Below, piece after piece: positions 48,561-59,544 of a stretch of 64,000 bases of DNA (its first letter is position 1; the number at the start of each line of letters is the position of its first letter). The notes below the pieces were generated by a model. The model was not told the DNA's origin. It saw only the letters and a list, made by a program, of their open reading frames with translations, and searched no databases. The translations under genes and the position numbers were made by a program. The stretch comes from Escherichia coli (lineage in GTDB: Bacteria; Pseudomonadota; Gammaproteobacteria; Enterobacterales; Enterobacteriaceae). The stretch lies in assembly GCF_003334385.1 (NCBI RefSeq), contig NZ_QOWN01000010.1; one strand, written 5' to 3'.

Positions 48561-48982
48561 GCCATTACTCCTGTTGTTCAGAAAGGTGCAACTTAACGTT
48601 ATCGTGAAATATCCATGATGTTGCAACTTTGTGCAACCATGTTAAATGTGACATGCGTAGCAAGCTTAAAAATGAATGAAATGTTAATAAAAGAAATCGA
48701 TATGACAGGGATTAAAAAAATAACTCAGACTTTTTCTCTGCGGCAGTTAACATTTTTGAAAGGTGCAACCGCAAAAAATGTGAGAGAGTGCAACCTGATG
48801 AAAAATAGTGTCGCTGAGCACTAAAATTTAATGTAAATGGTGTGTTAAATCGATTGTGAATAACCAGCGCTTCCGGCAGGATACGGTCGCCCTGGTAAAA
48901 CATAAACTCTGTTACCCCGTTCCGGTGGCAGATATAACGGCAAGTTTCGACATTGCCGATAATAATTTTTTGGAGACTTTAG
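48561..48982. promoter_or_regulatory. divergent put control region with multiple GTTGCA PutA operator motifs
   Basis: GTTGCA at 48620; TGCAAC at 48633, 48764 and 48789; AT-rich divergent promoters. Confidence 0.75.
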
Positions 48983-50491
<1,509 letters not shown>

Positions 50492-50790
50492 GGGACTTAG
50501 CCTGCGGCGGTTTTGTTTGGCTTCAGCAGCGGGTTGCGCTCCCTTAATGTGCCTCGCCATATAAATTGAATGGTGCAGGGAGCGCGCAGGGGGCGGCCAA
50601 TCGCCGCCGCCCCCTGCTGTCCCGGCCTTCGGGGAACGCTTCAGCGATTTTGACGCCACCAACACCCGAGCTGTTATTATGTTCCGGGCAAAAAGTTAGA
50701 TTTGATAATCGCGGATGGACGAAATTGCTTGATACACCCGCTTATCAGTTTTACATGGAAGCTCTGATGCATTGAGTCTGGACAGTTTTG

Positions 50791-50826
50791 TCGGCTGGAT
50801 ACGGCGTTTACGCGGCATCCGGCAAG
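50791..50826. repeat. REP element
   Basis: GTCGGCTGGATACGGCGTTTACGCGGCATCCGGCAAG. Confidence 0.65.
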
Positions 50827-50957
50827 AACACATGGTTCTTTGCAAACAATCCCATCTTTCTACCCTGGAATAATCGTTTATATCCCTTGGCATTACCTCT
50901 CTTTGTTTACATTCCAACATCATTTTATAAACATTCCGCTTGTGTTTTTCTTTGCCG

Positions 50958-50977
50958 TAATGATAATCGCTATCACT
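50958..50977 (+). promoter_or_regulatory. Fur box upstream of efeU
   Basis: TAATGATAATCGCTATCACT resembles Fur consensus GATAATGATAATCATTATC; about 60 bp upstream of efeU. Confidence 0.65.
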
Positions 50978-51033
50978 GCGATTTACTTTTCTTTGCATAG
51001 ATTGACTCAGAAAAACGTTTAAGGGTGGGTGGC

Positions 51034-51864
51034 ATGTTTGTTCCGTTTCTCATTATGTTGCGCGAAGGACTTGAAGCCGCGCTGATTGTCAGTTTGATTG
51101 CCAGCTATCTTAAGCGTACCCAGCGAGGCCGATGGATTGGTGTGATGTGGATTGGCGTGTTGCTTGCCGCTGCGTTGTGCCTGGGCTTGGGTATCTTCAT
51201 TAACGAAACCACCGGCGAATTTCCGCAAAAAGAACAGGAACTGTTTGAAGGTATCGTGGCGGTGATCGCCGTGGTGATCCTTACCTGGATGGTTTTCTGG
51301 ATGCGCAAAGTGTCGCGCAACGTCAAAGTGCAACTGGAACAGGCAGTCGATAGCGCATTGCAGCGTGGAAATCATCATGGCTGGGCGCTGGTGATGATGG
51401 TCTTTTTTGCCGTTGCAAGGGAAGGGCTGGAGTCGGTCTTTTTCCTGCTGGCGGCATTTCAACAAGATGTCGGGATCTGGCCGCCGCTGGGTGCAATGCT
51501 CGGTCTTGCTACTGCCGTGGTGCTAGGCTTCCTGCTCTACTGGGGCGGTATTCGCCTCAATCTTGGTGCATTTTTTAAATGGACCAGCCTGTTTATTCTC
51601 TTCGTCGCCGCAGGGCTGGCAGCTGGTGCCATTCGCGCATTTCATGAAGCCGGATTGTGGAACCACTTTCAGGAAATCGCCTTCGATATGAGTGCGGTGC
51701 TCTCAACTCACTCGCTGTTTGGCACGCTGATGGAAGGGATTTTTGGCTATCAGGAAGCGCCGAGCGTCAGCGAAGTCGCCGTCTGGTTTATTTATCTCAT
51801 CCCGGCGCTGGTGGCATTTGCTCTGCCACCACGCGCAGGGGCGACAGCGTCTCGCTCCGCGTAA
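51034..51864 (+). CDS. efeU: ferrous iron permease EfeU (Ftr1 family), intact frame
   Basis: ORF 51025..51864 uninterrupted; start at MFVPFLIMLREGLEAALIV; two REGLE motifs. Confidence 0.9.
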   Translation: MFVPFLIMLREGLEAALIVSLIASYLKRTQRGRWIGVMWIGVLLAAALCLGLGIFINETTGEFPQKEQELFEGIVAVIAVVILTWMVFWMRKVSRNVKVQLEQAVDSALQRGNHHGWALVMMVFFAVAREGLESVFFLLAAFQQDVGIWPPLGAMLGLATAVVLGFLLYWGGIRLNLGAFFKWTSLFILFVAAGLAAGAIRAFHEAGLWNHFQEIAFDMSAVLSTHSLFGTLMEGIFGYQEAPSVSEVAVWFIYLIPALVAFALPPRAGATASRSA

Positions 51865-51921
51865 CAAATACGACGCAAACTCTTGCTTAGTTACAACATA
51901 CTTTAAAGGGATAGTCTCGTC

Positions 51922-53049
51922 ATGACCATTAACTTCCGCCGTAACGCATTGCAGTTGAGCGTGGCTGCGCTGTTTTCTTCTGCTTTTATGGCTAACGCCG
52001 CTGATGTGCCGCAGGTCAAAGTGACCGTGACGGATAAGCAGTGCGAACCGATGACCATTACGGTTAACGCCGGGAAAACACAGTTCATTATTCAGAACCA
52101 CAGCCAGAAGGCGCTGGAGTGGGAGATCCTCAAAGGCGTGATGGTGGTGGAAGAGCGGGAAAATATCGCCCCTGGCTTTAGCCAGAAAATGACGGCGAAT
52201 TTACAGCCTGGCGAATACGATATGACCTGCGGTCTGCTGACTAACCCGAAAGGGAAGTTGATCGTCAAAGGTGAGGCAACGGCGGATGCGGCGCAAAGTG
52301 ATGCGCTGTTAAGTCTTGGTGGTGCAATTACTGCATATAAAGCGTATGTCATGGCGGAAACCACGCAGCTGGTGACCGACACCAAAGCCTTTACCGACGC
52401 GATTAAAGCAGGCGATATCGAAAAAGCGAAAGCACTGTATGCACCGACGCGCCAGCACTATGAGCGTATTGAACCGATTGCTGAACTGTTCTCCGATCTG
52501 GATGGCAGCATTGACGCCCGTGAAGATGATTACGAGCAAAAAGCCGCCGACCCAAAATTCACTGGTTTCCACCGTCTGGAAAAAGCATTGTTTGGCGACA
52601 ACACCACCAAAGGGATGGATCAGTACGCTGAGCAGCTTTATACCGATGTGGTCGATTTGCAAAAACGCATCAGTGAACTGGCTTTCCCACCTTCAAAAGT
52701 GGTCGGCGGCGCAGCCGGACTGATTGAGGAAGTGGCAGCCAGCAAAATTAGCGGTGAAGAAGATCGCTACAGCCACACCGATCTGTGGGATTTCCAGGCT
52801 AACGTTGAAGGCTCGCAGAAAATTGTCGATTTGCTGCGTCCACAACTGCAAAAAGCCAACCCGGAACTGCTGGCAAAAGTCGATGCCAACTTTAAAAAGG
52901 TCGATACCATTCTGGCGAAATACCGTACTAAAGACGGTTTTGAAACCTACGACAAATTGACCGATGCCGACCGGAATGCACTGAAAGGACCGATTACTGC
53001 GCTGGCGGAAGATCTGGCGCAACTTCGCGGTGTGCTGGGACTGGATTAA
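51922..53049 (+). CDS. efeO: periplasmic iron uptake protein EfeO
   Basis: 375 aa, signal peptide, recognised. Confidence 0.93.
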   Translation: MTINFRRNALQLSVAALFSSAFMANAADVPQVKVTVTDKQCEPMTITVNAGKTQFIIQNHSQKALEWEILKGVMVVEERENIAPGFSQKMTANLQPGEYDMTCGLLTNPKGKLIVKGEATADAAQSDALLSLGGAITAYKAYVMAETTQLVTDTKAFTDAIKAGDIEKAKALYAPTRQHYERIEPIAELFSDLDGSIDAREDDYEQKAADPKFTGFHRLEKALFGDNTTKGMDQYAEQLYTDVVDLQKRISELAFPPSKVVGGAAGLIEEVAASKISGEEDRYSHTDLWDFQANVEGSQKIVDLLRPQLQKANPELLAKVDANFKKVDTILAKYRTKDGFETYDKLTDADRNALKGPITALAEDLAQLRGVLGLD

Positions 53050-53054
53050 GCGTT

Positions 53055-54326
53055 ATGCAGTATAAAGATGAAAACGGCGTGAATGAACCGTCACGCCGAC
53101 GTTTACTGAAAGTGATAGGTGCACTGGCGCTGGCGGGAAGTTGTCCGGTCGCTCATGCACAAAAAACGCAAAGTGCGCCGGGTACGCTTTCACCGGATGC
53201 TCGCAATGAGAAACAGCCGTTTTATGGTGAGCATCAGGCAGGGATCCTGACGCCACAACAGGCCGCAATGATGCTGGTGGCGTTTGATGTGCTTGCCAGC
53301 GATAAAGCCGATCTTGAGCGGTTGTTTCGCTTGTTGACTCAGCGTTTTGCTTTTCTGACTCAGGGCGGAGCAGCACCAGAAACGCCAAATCCGCGCCTGC
53401 CACCACTCGATTCCGGCATTCTTGGCGGCTACATTGCGCCCGATAATCTCACCATCACGTTATCGGTGGGTCACTCATTGTTTGATGAGCGCTTTGGCCT
53501 TGCGCCACAGATGCCAAAAAAGCTGCAGAAGATGACGCGTTTCCCCAACGACTCGCTGGATGCGGCGTTATGTCATGGTGATGTGTTGCTACAGATTTGC
53601 GCCAACACCCAGGACACGGTTATCCATGCGCTGCGCGATATCATCAAACACACGCCGGATTTGCTCAGTGTGCGCTGGAAGCGGGAAGGGTTTATTTCCG
53701 ATCACGCGGCGCGTAGTAAAGGCAAAGAGACGCCGATTAATTTGCTGGGTTTCAAAGACGGCACTGCCAATCCCGATAGCCAGAATGATAAGTTGATGCA
53801 AAAAGTGGTGTGGGTAACGGCAGATCAGCAGGAGCCTGCGTGGACAATCGGTGGCAGCTATCAGGCAGTACGCTTGATTCAGTTTCGAGTGGAATTTTGG
53901 GACAGAACGCCGCTGAAAGAACAGCAGACGATTTTTGGCCGTGATAAGCAAACCGGTGCGCCGCTGGGAATGCAGCATGAGCATGATGTGCCTGATTACG
54001 CCAGCGACCCGGAAGGGAAGGTGATCGCGCTGGACAGCCATATCCGGCTGGCGAATCCCCGCACGGCGGAGAGTGAGTCCAGCCTGATGCTGCGTCGTGG
54101 CTACAGTTATTCACTGGGCGTCACCAACTCCGGGCAACTGGATATGGGGTTGCTGTTTGTCTGCTACCAACACGATCTGGAAAAAGGCTTCCTGACAGTA
54201 CAAAAAAGGCTCAATGGCGAAGCGCTGGAGGAATACGTTAAACCTATCGGCGGCGGTTATTTTTTTGCGCTGCCGGGGGTGAAGGACGCGAACGATTATT
54301 TCGGAAGCGCGTTATTGCGGGTTTAA
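53055..54326 (+). CDS. efeB: dye-decolorising (DyP-type) haem peroxidase EfeB, Tat-exported
   Basis: 423 aa; [16 protein letters not shown] twin-arginine signal. Confidence 0.94.
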   Translation: MQYKDENGVNEPSRRRLLKVIGALALAGSCPVAHAQKTQSAPGTLSPDARNEKQPFYGEHQAGILTPQQAAMMLVAFDVLASDKADLERLFRLLTQRFAFLTQGGAAPETPNPRLPPLDSGILGGYIAPDNLTITLSVGHSLFDERFGLAPQMPKKLQKMTRFPNDSLDAALCHGDVLLQICANTQDTVIHALRDIIKHTPDLLSVRWKREGFISDHAARSKGKETPINLLGFKDGTANPDSQNDKLMQKVVWVTADQQEPAWTIGGSYQAVRLIQFRVEFWDRTPLKEQQTIFGRDKQTGAPLGMQHEHDVPDYASDPEGKVIALDSHIRLANPRTAESESSLMLRRGYSYSLGVTNSGQLDMGLLFVCYQHDLEKGFLTVQKRLNGEALEEYVKPIGGGYFFALPGVKDANDYFGSALLRV

Positions 54327-54335
54327 TGTTTTTAG

Positions 54336-54470
54336 GCGGATAAGGCATTTGTGCGCAGATGCCTGATGCGACGCTTGCGCGTCTTATCATGCCTACAATC
54401 AGTGCGGGTTTGGTAGGCTGGATAAGGCGTTCACGCCGCATCCGGCGATCGTGCACTGATGCCTGATGCA
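54336..54470. repeat. BIME / REP cluster downstream of efeB
   Basis: Three alternating REP units (GGCGGATAAGGCATTTGTGCGCAGATGCCTGATGCGACGC..., GGCTGGATAAGGCGTTCACGCCGCATCCGGCG). Confidence 0.7.
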
Positions 54471-54503
54471 AATCCTGCTGAAAGCACACAGCTTTTTTCA
54501 TCA

Positions 54504-54521
54504 CTGTCATCACTCTGTCAT
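54504..54521 (+). promoter_or_regulatory. Pho box (PhoB binding site) upstream of phoH
   Basis: CTGTCAT-CACT-CTGTCAT direct repeat, 4-bp spacer. Confidence 0.75.
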
Positions 54522-54670
54522 CTTTCCAGTAGAAACTAATGTCACTGAAATGGTGTTTTATAGTTAAATATAAGTAAATATGTTGTTGCAATAAATGCGA
54601 GATCTGTTGTACTTATTAAGTAGCAGCGGAAGTTCCCGGCAGTGATAGTCAGTCACTATGGAGATCGCGG

Positions 54671-55735
54671 ATGGTAACGTCCTGTACTGGACATGTTTTA
54701 GATAATCAACGCGCCACCACTCGCGGAGTTTTCTCCTCCGGTAGTCATCTCGTCACTTTGCATTTTCAACCTCATCCTTTCTTTTCATGTGTTACCGACG
54801 CCGTAAACGGTGCGCGTAGCCGTTTTTCGGCATTTTATCCAAAAGCAAACTATGGCTTACAAGGAAGCCAACCCTCTGATGTTCGTGCGCATAATCGCGC
54901 TGCCAACGGCGCGTGTGATGAATACAAACAACTCAAGGTGCTCTCCATGGGAAGACAAAAAGCAGTGATCAAAGCTCGTCGCGAGGCAAAACGTGTGCTG
55001 AGACGGGATTCGCGCAGCCATAAGCAGCGTGAAGAAGAATCGGTCACCTCGCTTGTGCAGATGGGCGGCGTAGAAGCCATTGGTATGGCCCGCGACAGTC
55101 GCGATACTTCGCCCATCCTCGCGCGAAATGAAGCGCAATTGCACTATCTGAAGGCTATTGAGAGTAAGCAGCTGATATTCGCCACGGGCGAAGCCGGGTG
55201 CGGAAAAACCTGGATCAGCGCAGCAAAAGCGGCAGAGGCCCTGATACATAAGGATGTCGACAGGATTATCGTCACCCGTCCAGTTCTGCAAGCCGATGAA
55301 GATCTTGGCTTCTTACCTGGAGATATCGCAGAAAAGTTTGCTCCCTATTTTCGCCCGGTCTACGACGTGCTGGTCCGGCGCTTAGGGGCTTCCTTTATGC
55401 AGTACTGCCTGCGACCGGAAATAGGGAAGGTGGAAATTGCGCCGTTCGCCTATATGCGTGGACGTACCTTTGAAAATGCAGTCGTCATTCTTGACGAGGC
55501 GCAGAATGTGACTGCCGCGCAAATGAAAATGTTTTTAACCCGCCTCGGGGAGAACGTGACGGTTATCGTCAACGGTGATATCACGCAATGCGATTTGCCT
55601 CGCGGCGTGTGCTCCGGATTAAGTGACGCGCTGGAACGTTTCGAAGAAGATGAAATGGTTGGGATCGTCCGGTTCGGTAAAGAGGACTGCGTACGTTCGG
55701 CACTTTGCCAACGTACGCTGCATGCCTACAGTTAA
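54671..55735 (+). CDS. phoH: phosphate-starvation-inducible ATPase PhoH
   Basis: 354 aa; Walker A GEAGCGKTW. Confidence 0.93.
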   Translation: MVTSCTGHVLDNQRATTRGVFSSGSHLVTLHFQPHPFFSCVTDAVNGARSRFSAFYPKANYGLQGSQPSDVRAHNRAANGACDEYKQLKVLSMGRQKAVIKARREAKRVLRRDSRSHKQREEESVTSLVQMGGVEAIGMARDSRDTSPILARNEAQLHYLKAIESKQLIFATGEAGCGKTWISAAKAAEALIHKDVDRIIVTRPVLQADEDLGFLPGDIAEKFAPYFRPVYDVLVRRLGASFMQYCLRPEIGKVEIAPFAYMRGRTFENAVVILDEAQNVTAAQMKMFLTRLGENVTVIVNGDITQCDLPRGVCSGLSDALERFEEDEMVGIVRFGKEDCVRSALCQRTLHAYS

Positions 55736-55753
55736 GTGTGTTATCGGTGCAGA

Positions 55754-55778
55754 GCCCGGGCGAACCGGGCTTTGTTTT
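55754..55778 (+). terminator. rho-independent terminator of phoH
   Basis: GCCCGGGCGAACCGGGC hairpin followed by TTTGTTTT. Confidence 0.75.
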
Positions 55779-55784
55779 GGGTGT

Positions 55785-56198
55785 TTATGCCCGGACTAGC
55801 GCTTTTTCTGAAACAACCATTTTTATTTGCCCCTGGCTGGTGAAGTGTACGCTCATCCTGTGGCTTTTTTGTAGTTGCTGATAGAGCTCATCAGGTATTG
55901 CTAAGCTCTCTGCATATTCTTGCGGCGTATATTGGTAGGCTGCATGATGCTGCTGTTTTTGAAAACGCAGCTTATTGTACAGCGCCCAGACAATTAACAC
56001 GACGGCATTCGCCACTGCCAGCAAAAAATAGAACTGAAGTCGGCTTCTGGCCTCGCTTTGCCAGTAATAACCCGTCAGCAGATCCATGGCGAATAAGAAT
56101 ATGAACAACGCAAATAATGTCCACAAGATGGTTGTGGCAACATAATCAACCAGTAAACGTACTGGTGATTGTCGGATCGTAATAATTAAATTGTTCAT
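55785..56198 (-). CDS. pgaD: PGA biosynthesis protein PgaD
   Basis: 137 aa, two TM helices. Confidence 0.93.
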   Translation of the reverse strand: MNNLIITIRQSPVRLLVDYVATTILWTLFALFIFLFAMDLLTGYYWQSEARSRLQFYFLLAVANAVVLIVWALYNKLRFQKQQHHAAYQYTPQEYAESLAIPDELYQQLQKSHRMSVHFTSQGQIKMVVSEKALVRA

Positions 56199-56199
56199 A

Positions 56200-57525
56200 T
56201 TAACCTCTCAGAATCCCGCGATCGGGACTTACCCAACGGGCGCGTTGCTTTTTAGGCATCAACATGACTCGTGTAAATGATACCAATGTCGTTGCCAGGC
56301 TCAGCATCCAGAAAATAACCGGGAACCAAATAATCCAGAAAAGCGATGAAGTCAGATTATGCTCATAGCGATTCTCGATCATCAGGCTGACAATAAATTG
56401 CAGTAAACATAACGTACACAATAATATTCCGGCAGTATGTGTCGCAGCGATATGTGTCAATTCAATATTTAACGGTACACCGGCAAGTTGGACTGCGTAA
56501 ATAATGAAACCGACCAGGCAGGTGAAGGCCCATATTGTCGTCAGGCAGTATTCAAAAAACAGCGGCCACATTCGAAAGTTTTCTTTGCGCCACAACCTTG
56601 TCATATTTTTGAGGAATACTTCTGCACCGCCCTGAGCCCAGCGCAGGCGCTGTTTCCACAGCCCTTTTAACGTTTCAGGCATTAATATCCAGCACAGTGC
56701 CCGTGGCTCGTAAAAAATCGTCCACTGATTCAACTGCAGCTTCCAGCTAATATCAATATCTTCGGTGATCATATCGTCACTCCAGTAACCCACTTCTGCC
56801 AGGGCGCTGCGACGAAATGCGGCAATAACACCGGAAACGGTAAATACGTTTCCATAGATACGCTGGGTTCGCTTGATCAAACCAATAATTGAGGAATACT
56901 CGCCAACCTGAATTTTACCCACCAGGGTAGAACGTGTTCGAATACGAGGATTACCGGTTACGGCACCCACACGCGGGTTGTACAACATCGGTTCCACAAT
57001 ATATGCCGCCGCATCGCGGTCTAATAACGCATCGCCATCAATGCACACCAGATATTCACTTTTCGCCGCGGCAGCTCCGGTTTTAAGCGCAATGGCTTTC
57101 CCCTGGTTTTGCGCCAGATGAATGACCCGCAAATGGGGAATTTGTGCAGCCATGCGATCCAGGATGGCACGGGTTTTATCTGTTGAACCGTCATTTACGG
57201 CAATAACTTCAATGTTCTCATAACGCTGTGCTAAAGCGGCGTGTATGGTTTCCTCAACGTTTTTCTCCTCATTAAAACAGGGAATGATAATGGAGATAGA
57301 CGGATTATCTTTCAACTGGGGAGCTGGTGCGTTTTCTCCCCACGGCCAGTGGCGTTCACGATAGACCCAGAAATAGACGCCGCCAACAATCCACATAATG
57401 GACATAAAAAACGGCCAGAAGAAAACGAACCTCATCATCAGTTCACCAGAGTGAAAGTACGCTACGCATAGGGGTATGCATAACACCAGACATAATATAA
57501 AAAACGATACGATGCGATTAATCAT
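56200..57525 (-). CDS. pgaC: poly-beta-1,6-N-acetylglucosamine synthase PgaC (GT2)
   Basis: 441 aa; QRLRWAQG (QxxRW) motif. Confidence 0.95.
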
Positions 57526-59536
57526 TTTTCGGATACCAGGCTGTTGAAAACTCAGGACGAATAAGGTCTATTTCAGGTTGGTTATGCAGAAAATTGTCGG
57601 GATAATAACCATAGTTTTTCACTCCATTCAGTTGTAATAGGCTCATCCAGTGAGCGAGTTGTTGCGAAGAAATAGCCTGATGCTGACCATTTTTCTGCCA
57701 GTTTTGTGCCTGTAATTCTAAAATAGATTTGTCTTTAGCCTGAGGGATGTTTTTAATTTGATTGGTCAATTGTATTAACCATTGGTCAGCCGATTTTTCT
57801 GCGACACCTTCCAGATAAGGCATAGCCATAATAGCGGTCCAGTCATAGCTTTTTAGGAAATCAGCATAATTCTGTGCAAACCAGGCTTCACTTTCAGGTT
57901 GTATTACCGGAAGTGCAAAAATATTTCGTGCAGTTTTAATATGTGGACCGCGAATGGCTTTTACGCGCGCACTAAGTTCTAAAGTGAAGTCAGTTAACGC
58001 ACGACTTTTAAAGCGGGCCCACTGTTTAAATTGCTCCGGGTTTTGTCGAATTTCGCTCAGACTCCCGCTAAAGCCTGCTTGCTGATAAGCCGTGATAGCC
58101 GGTGCACTGGCATCTTCATAATCTGAAAGCAAAGCATCATCGTGGAACAATATGCCATCAAAAGCAGCATGTCCGGCAAGATCTTCATATAACATGCCAA
58201 CTTGTGCTCTGACTCTGTCATCGAAAGGAGAGAGACGGTGATATTGTTCAGGATGAATTTGTGCTTTTTTCTCCCCTGTTGGTAAGTATTTTACTCGCGT
58301 TAATGTGGGATCTAAATCCCAGCTTAATACCGGCATCCACGCATAGATGTTTACACCTGAGCGGGTACGTAATTGCCAGGCAACCCGACTAAAAATATCT
58401 GCTTTCATTGGTAGCAAACGATTTGGAAACCAGACCTCTTTGACCAGCCCATCACCATCGGGATCAGCAAATGCCTGCAAATACACGGTTGATATTTGCA
58501 TATCTTTCACCCGCTGAATTAGCACATCAATATTGCGATCCATTTGCTGGAGGTTTTCGTCATAAACGTAATCAAGATCGATATGCATTATCCGTTGTGG
58601 TGATTTTTCCTGTACGGTAATAATTTGCTGGGCAAACTCTTTTAATGAGGGATTATTGGCGATTAATACCCGCGGAATGGAATCCAATTGCGACGCATTT
58701 GCCAAACCTGATTCAAGGGTGAAGAACATGTCATAACCGAGTTTTTTTAATTCCTCTATCGCTATGCCATTCGCTTCGCCATAAGGCCAAACAAAAACGT
58801 GTGGATTTACCTCAACCTTTGTACGCAGGTATTCCGTCATTTTTACAGCATCCAGACGAATTCTTTCCCGGTATTCTGCTGCGGTTTCATACCGTGCGTG
58901 GTCAGTAAAATATGCACGATTTACATATACAGGCAATAAGCTGCCGGTGGCATTAGCCTGAATACCGTAGTGAGAATTCCATGTATGAGAAGCGAGCTCA
59001 ACGAGCCGGGAACGCGCAACTTCTCGCACTTGTTGCCACGTGGCAAAATATTCTCGATCGACCAACTCATCGCCAAATTTTACTTGTTTATCCGCTGGCG
59101 TATCGACCCAACTGCCGACGGGGGCCCATACAGCAGGCCACTGGAAGGCCTGAAGAATTGGGAAGACGCGGGTATAAAAACTCTGGTAGCCGTCATCAAA
59201 AGTCAGCACTACAGCTTTTTCCGGTAGCGGTTTTCCTCCTCGATGTGCTTCACGAATTTGAGCAATACTGACCGGTTGATAACCGTTCTCGCGCAGCCAG
59301 GCAAATTGTTCACGCAGTGCTGATGTCCGCACTGACATAAAACGCTGGTCGGCAGCTTCGTCTTCAACGTTATGCCATGAAATCGCTACAAAACCATTAT
59401 GCGGCCACGGTTGCTCGGCGAGTAAAGATTCGCGATCCTGTGGCGGTATAAATGATGTTCTTGACTGGCTAATGCACGCGGTGAGCATAATTATACTCAC
59501 CAGCATCAGGAGATATTTATTTCCATTACGTAACAT
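57518..59536 (-). CDS. pgaB: PGA N-deacetylase lipoprotein PgaB
   Basis: 672 aa; lipobox LTAC; polysaccharide deacetylase domain. Confidence 0.95.
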
Positions 59537-59544
59537 ATTTATCC

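Noticed and set aside
50566-50775. 69-aa ORF in the putP-efeU spacer
   Set aside because: Overlaps a GC palindrome and REP-like sequence; no RBS; composition is Ala/Arg/Pro-rich as expected from translating palindromic GC DNA.
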